From positions 1 through 35,195 of the forward strand of contig CAAFJY010000108.1 of NCBI GenBank assembly GCA_900763355.1: 35,195 nucleotides of DNA, read 5' to 3'. A model generated the notes under the pieces. That model saw only the letters and a program-made list of their open reading frames with translations, searched no databases and was not told where the DNA came from. Made by a program: the position numbers and the translations under genes. The stretch is from Clostridia bacterium (lineage in GTDB: Bacteria > Bacillota > Clostridia > Oscillospirales > Butyricicoccaceae). Positions 27,001 to 32,494 of the stretch are shown piece by piece (positions within the stretch are counted from its first letter, which is position 1; the number at the start of each line of letters is the position of its first letter).

Positions 27001-28744
27001 GGACGGGGACCTGGTCACCTATTCGGGGAAGAGCATCTACCGGGTGGACACCGTCTCCGGCGAGGTCCTGGCCCAGGGGACCATGGCCGAGACCACCAGC
27101 TTCGGCATCAACAACGCCACCTATTACGGCGGGATGATCTTTGTGGGTCTGGCCGGGGGGCGCATCCAGGCCTTTGACGCCAAGACCCTGGAATCCCTCT
27201 GGCTCTTCCAGGACGACCTGGGGGGCCAGCCCAACTGCCCCATCACCGTCTATGACGGGTATCTCTACACCGGCTTCTGGCTGGCCGAGGACCGGGACGC
27301 CCACTTTGTCTGCCTCTCCGTCACCGACGAGGATCCCGCCCAGACCCTGGAGCAAAAGCTCCCCACCTGGACGGTCACCCGCCGGGGCGGCTTCTATTGG
27401 GCGGGGGCCTATGTGAACGACGACTTTGTCCTGGTGGGCACCGACGACGGCCAGAGCGGCTGCATCGACAGCACCGGCGCGCCCAACCGCTCTTCCGCTC
27501 TCCTGATGCTGGACCCCCGCACCGGAGCCCTCCTGGACAGCCGGGAAGGGCTTCCCGGCGACATCCGCAGCGCCGTGAGCTATGATTCGAGCACCGACGC
27601 CTATTATTTCGCCACCAAGGGCGGCTATTTCTGCCGGGCCAGGGTGGGGAAGGACGAAGGCGGCAGCTGGAAGATCACCCAGCTGCGGGAACTGGCTCTG
27701 AGCAACGGCAGCGACAGCAAGAAAAACCCCGCCATGAGCACCTGCACCCCCGTCGTGTACAACGGGCGGGCCTATCTGGGCGTCTCCGGCGTGGGACAGT
27801 TCACCGCCTGGTCGGGGCATAATATCACCGTCATCGATCTGGCCTCCTGGTCCATGTCCATCGCCTATCGCGTCCCCACCCAGGGCTATCCCCAGACCAG
27901 CGGCCTGCTCACCACGGCCTATGACAGCACCGGGTATGTGTATGTCTATTTCTTTGACAACTACACCCCTGGGACCCTCCGGGTCCTCCGGGATCATCCC
28001 GGGCAGACGGCTCCGGAGCACACCACCACGGAAAAATACACCAACAAGGGTCAGACCACGGTGTATGACAGCGCCTATGCCCTCTTCACCCCCAGCGGGA
28101 ATCAGGCCCAGTACGCCATCTGCAGCCCCATCACCGACCGGTATGGGACCATCTATTTCAAAAACGACTCGGCCTATCTCATGGCTTTTGGCAGCGCCAT
28201 CGAAAAGCTGGAGGTGACCCAGGCTCCCGCCAAAACGGAATATGTGGTGGGAGAGACCTTTGACCCCGCGGGGATGGTGGTCATAGCCCATTATGCCAAC
28301 GGAATGAGCCGGGATGTGACGAACTATCTTTCCTATTCCCAGGAGGCGCTCACTCCGGAGGACAACAGCGTGACGCTCGCCTTCCCCTATGTGATGTATC
28401 ACAACGCCGAAAACAGCGACGGCACCGCCCGGACAGGCGTGCCCGGCAGCAAGCCCACGGTAAAGGTGCCCGTCACCGTCACCACCCCCAAGACCGATGT
28501 GAAGGTGGACTGGACCGCCGGCAAGATCCAGATCACCACCGGTTCGGAAAAACAGGCCGAGACCGTCCTCGCCGCCGTCTATGACGAGGCCGGGCGGATG
28601 CTCTCGGTGGTCACCGCCCGGGTAGAGGGGGGCGCCGTCACCCTCACCCCCGCCCAACTGGGGAAGGGCGTCCTGGTCAAGGTCTTCTGGCAGGATGCCG
28701 ACAAGGCGCCTGTGGGCGAGGCCTGGACGGTCACCCGCAGCTGA
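24059..28744 (+). CDS. Giant (1561 aa) secreted multidomain protein: N-terminal DUF4430-like segment, cadherin-like beta-sandwich x3, PQQ/BamB-like beta-propeller, Big_3; no recognisable anchor
   Basis: ORF 24023..28744 trimmed to the ATG at 24059 behind GGAAAGGAAA. Domains in order:
- Signal peptide MKHTFGKRALALALSLALCLGLFPAQALA.
- Cadherin-like modules at ~25240-25520, ~25775-26135 and ~26140-26465 (LSALRVTDQ..EYTYRV.., LSLRDLQAE..EYEVTV..).
- Propeller-type repeats at ~26930-28010 (GCPILVDGDLVTYSG.., GGMIFVGLAGGRIQAFDAKTLESLW..).
- Big_3-like segment IEKLEVTQAPAKTEYVVGETFDPAGMVVIAHYANG at ~28195-28340. Confidence 0.85.
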   Translation: MKHTFGKRALALALSLALCLGLFPAQALAAGDGTLYFAVTNGETLVVPPEKLSYTAGMTIKEVLLASDHTFDGLGETEEWIRSVDGVIANYVRSDEQGGYDLNAPADSVEMFCLDVREEGFLTPGLQTLVRAMADLMEEEADVRAAAKNEYQAALEAYPTAGSDRARELAADITDAVEEYQKKLENTAPITFTTEDGTPYGGEVTAVNTYGRVFADDDGDGTLELPWGETYAFTIRRDFARVDGSVRVTGAQTITADLPTGDWMAGGARLSLSGGRDFEDSVLELTQEGHTLTAQVPDTYATGSVYLCAQYDPVLFSGAGPKLYACYTNTDGKVISPETDKAASNQTWNSKYTSTTGALSAGSAGTEIVYRVTVEMGGYTYSQEYTLVLERSLSLSALRVTDQDGTGQAPTVSFDPETREYTYRVLDTVTAVKLEPTAFQKNYAIRVNGTLLSDLSPIPLTGDSTTVTLTLEQGKARGEYTLTFVRAKGQNITFTTVDSDTELQVYNQNGEELKTYRELDTGGGWVYRYTLVPGETYHYVASKGEFYHTARTFTLEEASGTSARISVPTVDALTALSLGQEATLNSPYPLKEAVAPGTHRYTLTVGDRNAALFVKAAGTAGMTVQALYTSIAATAAFHGKARTVTVPNGGSRGQSLANALLGNAQGNEITLRFSREEDGITQYQDYVIQVERALSLRDLQAECGGITCRLEPAYSPAVTEYEVTVPMAAASLDVTALLREGVSLPFGGESDGYWVEINGQRAAGKTAVPLTGTEQTETVAITVGSDVQDPSAPTQITLTVRKAAPVLVTAAVTPEAGLLVLTDRGTGARVWPGSDGRFALSEGFSYDWRLTARGFVGRGGTLSVDKTEAGEVVLKLSSGESIPTQVGDDGSRRASWILSLEKAADNTTLDPNLEAEWADFRGTSYTYDADSGTVAAGGSRYTNNGVTSAPIPVESLNTELSWATKLGDGYSSGAVGCPILVDGDLVTYSGKSIYRVDTVSGEVLAQGTMAETTSFGINNATYYGGMIFVGLAGGRIQAFDAKTLESLWLFQDDLGGQPNCPITVYDGYLYTGFWLAEDRDAHFVCLSVTDEDPAQTLEQKLPTWTVTRRGGFYWAGAYVNDDFVLVGTDDGQSGCIDSTGAPNRSSALLMLDPRTGALLDSREGLPGDIRSAVSYDSSTDAYYFATKGGYFCRARVGKDEGGSWKITQLRELALSNGSDSKKNPAMSTCTPVVYNGRAYLGVSGVGQFTAWSGHNITVIDLASWSMSIAYRVPTQGYPQTSGLLTTAYDSTGYVYVYFFDNYTPGTLRVLRDHPGQTAPEHTTTEKYTNKGQTTVYDSAYALFTPSGNQAQYAICSPITDRYGTIYFKNDSAYLMAFGSAIEKLEVTQAPAKTEYVVGETFDPAGMVVIAHYANGMSRDVTNYLSYSQEALTPEDNSVTLAFPYVMYHNAENSDGTARTGVPGSKPTVKVPVTVTTPKTDVKVDWTAGKIQITTGSEKQAETVLAAVYDEAGRMLSVVTARVEGGAVTLTPAQLGKGVLVKVFWQDADKAPVGEAWTVTRS

Positions 28745-28757
28745 TTTTTCCCTCAGC

Positions 28758-28792
28758 GCCCCTGCGGCAAAGTGCCGCAGGGGCATTTTTTC
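28758..28792 (+). terminator. Rho-independent terminator ending the 8.4-28.7 kb gene string
   Basis: GCCCCTGCGGCA aagt GCCGCAGGGGC followed by ATTTTTTCT. It lies 14 nt after the stop at 28744. Confidence 0.85.
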
Positions 28793-28834
28793 TCCGGAAA
28801 GGGGCGGGAATGCTGCCAAAACTCGCCATTTTGG

Positions 28835-28863
28835 TTGACAACCGGGCAAAACCGCGATATAGT
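28835..28863 (+). promoter_or_regulatory. Promoter of the riboswitch-2/ECF operon (TTGACA-17 nt-TATAGT)
   Basis: TTGACA at 28835-28840, a 17-nt spacer, then TATAGT at 28858-28863. It sits in a locally AT-richer patch. Confidence 0.65.
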
Positions 28864-28878
28864 AAGATGAATCTTCAG

Positions 28879-28995
28879 GCATATCGCGCCCTGCGGCCCG
28901 GCCGCCGGCGGAATGGGGTGAAAGTCCCCGCGAGTAGGTCACTGTGAAGCCCGGTCCCTCCCGGGATAAGTCAGATACGCCGCGCGCGCGATCCA
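28879..28995 (+). promoter_or_regulatory. Cobalamin riboswitch aptamer (compact form, no long peripheral extension)
   Basis: P1 candidate is ATCGCGC (28884-28890) pairing with GCGCGAT (28987-28993). Core sequence is GGAATGGGGTGAAAGTCCCCGCGAGTAGGTCACTGTGA at 28910-28947. A short hairpin CCCGGtccctcCCGGG follows. A B12-box-like AAGTCAGATACGCC lies at 28968-28981. Confidence 0.8.
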
Positions 28996-29037
28996 GCACT
29001 CCTGCCTGCACCAGGGGGCCCGGCGCACGATCCCAGA

Positions 29038-29071
29038 CCGCGCAAGCCCCCCTCGGGCTGCGCGGTTTTTT
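29038..29071 (+). terminator. Intrinsic terminator (expression platform of riboswitch 2)
   Basis: CCGCGCA(A)GCCC ccctc GGGCTGCGCGG followed by TTTTTT (29066-29071). It lies ~40 nt upstream of the ATG at 29113. Confidence 0.8.
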
Positions 29072-29112
29072 GCGCGCTCCCGGCGGCGGGACATGGGAAA
29101 GGAGCTTTTTTC

Positions 29113-30720
29113 ATGAAAAACAAACTGTGGAGCCGGGGGCTGAGTCTGGTTCTGGCTCTGGCTCTCTGCGCGGGACTGTGGTTCCCTGCCGGGGCCGAGA
29201 CGGCCCCCGTGGACCGGACGGCCCGCTATGTGATGAATACCGTTCAGACCCCCGCGGCGGGGAACATCGGCGGCGAGTGGGCGGCCCTGGGCCTGGCCCG
29301 CTGGGGCGGCGAAGCCCCCTCCGGCTGGTTCGAGACCTATTATCAGGCCGTGGAGGCCCATGTGAAGGAGACCTCCGGTATTCTTCATAAGAAAAAATAC
29401 ACCGAGTATTCGCGGACCGTGGTGGCCCTCACCGCCATGGGCAAGGATCCCCGGAACGTGGCGGGCTATGACCTGCTGCGCCCCCTGGGGGACTATGAAA
29501 AGGTCCTCTGGCAGGGGATCAACGGCCCCATCTGGGCCCTCATCGCCCTGGACAGCGGGGACTATGAGATCCCGGAAAACACCGATGCCGCCACCCAGGC
29601 CACCCGTCAGATGTATGTGGATCACTTGCTGGAAAAGCAGCTTCCCTCCGGGGGCTGGGCCCTCTCCGGCACCGAGCCCGATGCCGACATCACCGCCATG
29701 GCTCTCCAGGCTCTGGCCCGCTACACCGGACAGAGCGCCGTGCAGAGCGCCGTGCAGAGTGCCGTGACCTGGCTTTCCGCCGCCCAGGGCAAGGAGGATG
29801 GGGCCTATCTTTCCTATGGCACCGCCAACGCCGAGAGCTGCGCCCAGGTGGTGGTGGCTCTTTGCGCCCTGGGCATCGACCCCGCAGAGGACGCCCGCTT
29901 TGCCAAAAACGGCAGGACGGTGGAGGACGCCCTCCTTTCCTTCCAGCGGGCCGACGGGAGCTTCCATCACATCCTCACCGACAGCGGCAACCAGATGGCA
30001 ACCGAACAGGGCTTTTATGCCCTGGTGGCGCTTCAGCGTCTGCGGGACGGACGGCCCGCCCTCTATACCATGACCGACCGGCCCGGCGGCCCGGATGTGC
30101 CCAAGGGCCTGGACAACAAGGACCCGGAGGTCCAGGGCCGGCCCCTGGTATCCCCCAAGATCGACTTTTCGGACCTGAGCGGCCACAGTGACCGGGAGGC
30201 CATCCTGGCTCTCGCCCGCCGGGGCATCATCAACGGCACCGGCGACGGCGCCTTCGCGCCGGAGGGGAACATGACCCGGGCGGCCTTTGCCGCCATCATC
30301 ACCCGGGGTCTGGGCCTGAGCGGCAAGGAGACCGGGGACTTCTCCGACGTCCCCGCCGGGAGCTGGTACGCCGCCCCTGTGGGGAAGGCTGCGGAAAAGG
30401 GCATCGTCCAGGGTGTGGGCGGGGGCAAGTTCAACCCCGCCGGCACCATCACCCGGCAGGAAGCCGCCGTCATGCTTTCCCGTGCCGCCGTGCTCTGCGG
30501 CCTGGATACCGGGATGACGGAGGAAGAAGTCTCTGCCGCCCTGGCCCGGTTCAGCGACGGCGGGAGCGTGGCCTCCTGGGCTCGGAGCTCCCTGGCCTGG
30601 TGCGCCGACAACGGGCTCACCCAGGGCTGGGAGACGCTGGAGCCCACCACCCCCATCCTGCGGGCCGAGGTGGCCCGGATGCTGGCCGTTTTGCTGAAAA
30701 ACGCCGCTCTTTTGGGATAA
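29113..30720 (+). CDS. Secreted alpha/alpha-toroid (prenyltransferase / terpene-cyclase-like repeat) protein with three C-terminal SLH repeats
   Basis: GGAAAGGAG RBS upstream. Signal peptide MKNKLWSRGLSLVLALALCAGLWFPAGA. Toroid-type repeats span ~29200-30060 (GGEWAALGLARWG, INGPIWALIALDSG, LPSGGWALSG, DITAMALQALARY, CAQVVVALCALG, ADGSFHH, EQGFYALVAL). SLH repeats span ~30160-30715 (FSDLSGHSDREAILALARRGIINGTGDGAFAP.., FSDVPAGSWYAAPV..). Confidence 0.8.
   Translation: MKNKLWSRGLSLVLALALCAGLWFPAGAETAPVDRTARYVMNTVQTPAAGNIGGEWAALGLARWGGEAPSGWFETYYQAVEAHVKETSGILHKKKYTEYSRTVVALTAMGKDPRNVAGYDLLRPLGDYEKVLWQGINGPIWALIALDSGDYEIPENTDAATQATRQMYVDHLLEKQLPSGGWALSGTEPDADITAMALQALARYTGQSAVQSAVQSAVTWLSAAQGKEDGAYLSYGTANAESCAQVVVALCALGIDPAEDARFAKNGRTVEDALLSFQRADGSFHHILTDSGNQMATEQGFYALVALQRLRDGRPALYTMTDRPGGPDVPKGLDNKDPEVQGRPLVSPKIDFSDLSGHSDREAILALARRGIINGTGDGAFAPEGNMTRAAFAAIITRGLGLSGKETGDFSDVPAGSWYAAPVGKAAEKGIVQGVGGGKFNPAGTITRQEAAVMLSRAAVLCGLDTGMTEEEVSAALARFSDGGSVASWARSSLAWCADNGLTQGWETLEPTTPILRAEVARMLAVLLKNAALLG
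29731..29766 (+). repeat. In-frame 12-bp tandem repeat x3 (CAGAGCGCCGTG), encoding (QSAV)3
   Basis: The DNA reads cagagcgccgtg cagagcgccgtg cagagtgccgtg. The third unit has one mismatch. Confidence 0.9.
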
Positions 30721-30762
30721 AACCGCCCCCGAGGGGCATTTCCCGGGAAATCGGAGGAAATT

Positions 30763-31590
30763 ATGTGGAAAAAATATAAAAAGCCCATCCTGGCCGGGGT
30801 CGTCATCCTGGCAGTGCTGGCTGCGGCCTTTTTCCTGGGGGGGAGCCCCGAAAAAGGGACCACCCAGGGGAATGCCGGGAATCCCCAGAACGAGGTGCAG
30901 GACCCGTCCCTTTCCGGGAATGAACTCCCTTCGGACGATCCTTCCGACCCCGTGACTCCGGACACGCCGGACCCCAGCGGGGAGGAAACGCCCGAAACGC
31001 CCGACGCACCGGAAACACCGGAAACACCGGGAACACCCGAGCCGCCCGCCGTTTCTGATTCGGGCGGGCATCCCGGTGCAGGCCAGGAGGCGCAGGATCC
31101 ATATCACACCGACCCCGTCCCGGCGGGCAAGCCGCAGCCGGTGGAGCCCCAGGATCAGGAGACCGGCGGCAGCATCACCGTCACCGTCTCCATCTCCTGC
31201 GCCACCATTTTGGACAATATGGATCTGTGCGACGCAGACAAAAAAGAGCTTGTCCCGGAGGACGGGTGGATCCTAAAGCCCGTCTCCGTGGAAGCCCAGG
31301 AGGGGGAGAGCGCCTTCTCCCTCCTCCAGCGGGTGTGCAAGGATAAAAAGATCCACATGGAGTTCTCCATGACCCCCATCTACAATTCCGCCTATATCGA
31401 GGGCATAGGGAATCTCTATGAGTTCGATGTGGGCAAGGAATCGGGCTGGATGTTCCGGGTCAACGACTGGTTCCCCAACTATGGGTGCAGCCGTTATGTC
31501 CTGAAGGACGGGGACACGGTGGAGTGGGTCTATACCTGCGACCTGGGCAAGGATGTGGGCGGCGGACAGGCCGTCCAGTCCGAAAGCTGA
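30763..31590 (+). CDS. Membrane-tethered DUF4430 (transcobalamin-like C-terminal domain) protein
   Basis: GGAGGA RBS upstream. N-terminal TM helix MWKKYKKPILAGVVILAVLAAAFFLGG, then a Pro/Thr/Glu linker. The domain starts ITVTVSISCATILDN and ends with the hallmark GWMFRVNDWFPNYGCSRYVLKDGDTVEWVYT. Confidence 0.85.
   Translation: MWKKYKKPILAGVVILAVLAAAFFLGGSPEKGTTQGNAGNPQNEVQDPSLSGNELPSDDPSDPVTPDTPDPSGEETPETPDAPETPETPGTPEPPAVSDSGGHPGAGQEAQDPYHTDPVPAGKPQPVEPQDQETGGSITVTVSISCATILDNMDLCDADKKELVPEDGWILKPVSVEAQEGESAFSLLQRVCKDKKIHMEFSMTPIYNSAYIEGIGNLYEFDVGKESGWMFRVNDWFPNYGCSRYVLKDGDTVEWVYTCDLGKDVGGGQAVQSES
30984..31040 (+). repeat. Degenerate 9-bp tandem repeats encoding the (P-E/D-T/A) linker ETPETPDAPETPETPGTPEP
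   Basis: The DNA reads gaaacgccc gaaacgccc gacgcaccg gaaacaccg gaaacaccg ggaacaccc gag. Confidence 0.8.
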
Positions 31591-31597
31591 GGGCCCC

Positions 31598-32494
31598 ATG
31601 GAGGGAAGAGACAGCTTTTCCGGGTATCATCCCGCCGTCAATCTGCTCTATTACTGCCTGGTGCTGGGGATCACCATGTTCCACCTCCACCCGGCGTTCC
31701 TGGCCGTCTCCCTGGTGGGGGCGGCCAGCTATTGTGTCCGCCTGCGGGGGAAAAAGACCCTGCGGGGGATGCTTTTGGGCGTGGTGCCCATGATGCTCCT
31801 GGCGGCGGTGGTCAACCCCGCCTTCAATCACCAGGGGGTCACCATCCTCACCTATCTCCCCTCCGGCAACCCGCTGACGCTGGAATCCATCCTCTATGGG
31901 CTCACTGCGGCGGAGATGCTGGCGGCGGTCATCCTCTGGTTCGTCACCTTCCAGGAGGTGATGAGCTCCGACAAGTTTGTCTATCTTTTCGGGCGGGCGG
32001 CGCCGGCGCTGTCCCTGGTGCTGTCCATGACCCTGCGCTTTGTCCCCAAGCTGCGGGACCAGGGGAAGCGGGTCATCCTGGCCCAGCGGTGCGCCGGGCG
32101 GGATCTGTCCCAGGGGAGCCTTTTTCAGCGGGCAAAATTGGCGGTGACGGTCTTTTCCATCCTGGTGACCTGGAGCCTGGAAAACGCCATCGAGACCGCC
32201 GACAGCATGAAGAGCCGGGGCTATGGCCTCCCCGGGCGGACGGCCTTTTCCATCTACCGGCTGGACAGCCGGGACCGGGCCATGCTGGGCTGGCTGAGCT
32301 TCTGCGGGGTCTATCTCCTCTCCGGCTGGGCCGTGGGAGGGATGGATTTCCGCTTTTATCCCACCCTCCGGGCTTCTCAGTGGTCGCCCTGGACGGTGAG
32401 CTTTCTTTTGGTGTATCTGGCCCTGTGCCTGACACCGTGTATTCTTGACAGAAGGGAGCGTGCCCTATGGCAGCGATCGAGCTCCGGGACCTGA
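31598..32494 (+). CDS. ecfT: ECF transporter transmembrane (T) component, CbiQ/EcfT family
   Basis: ORF 31553..32494 trimmed to MEGRDSFSGYHPAVNLLYY (ATG at 31598, 8 nt after the DUF4430 stop). The protein is multi-pass with Arg-containing coupling-type motifs (ILAQRCAGRD, ADSMKSRGYG). It is followed by, and overlaps, the ECF-type ATPase gene. Confidence 0.75.
   Translation: MEGRDSFSGYHPAVNLLYYCLVLGITMFHLHPAFLAVSLVGAASYCVRLRGKKTLRGMLLGVVPMMLLAAVVNPAFNHQGVTILTYLPSGNPLTLESILYGLTAAEMLAAVILWFVTFQEVMSSDKFVYLFGRAAPALSLVLSMTLRFVPKLRDQGKRVILAQRCAGRDLSQGSLFQRAKLAVTVFSILVTWSLENAIETADSMKSRGYGLPGRTAFSIYRLDSRDRAMLGWLSFCGVYLLSGWAVGGMDFRFYPTLRASQWSPWTVSFLLVYLALCLTPCILDRRERALWQRSSSGT

Noticed and set aside
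3693-30720. Lipoprotein assignment for the secreted proteins, based on LALC-type strings in the signal peptides of the 3693-5345 and 29113-30720 products.
   Set aside because: The Cys residues lie either too close to the N-terminus (residue 9) or behind a Leu at position -1, so there is no canonical L-[AS]-[GA]-C lipobox. Ala-x-Ala type signal-peptidase I sites follow. I call them secreted or SLH-anchored instead.
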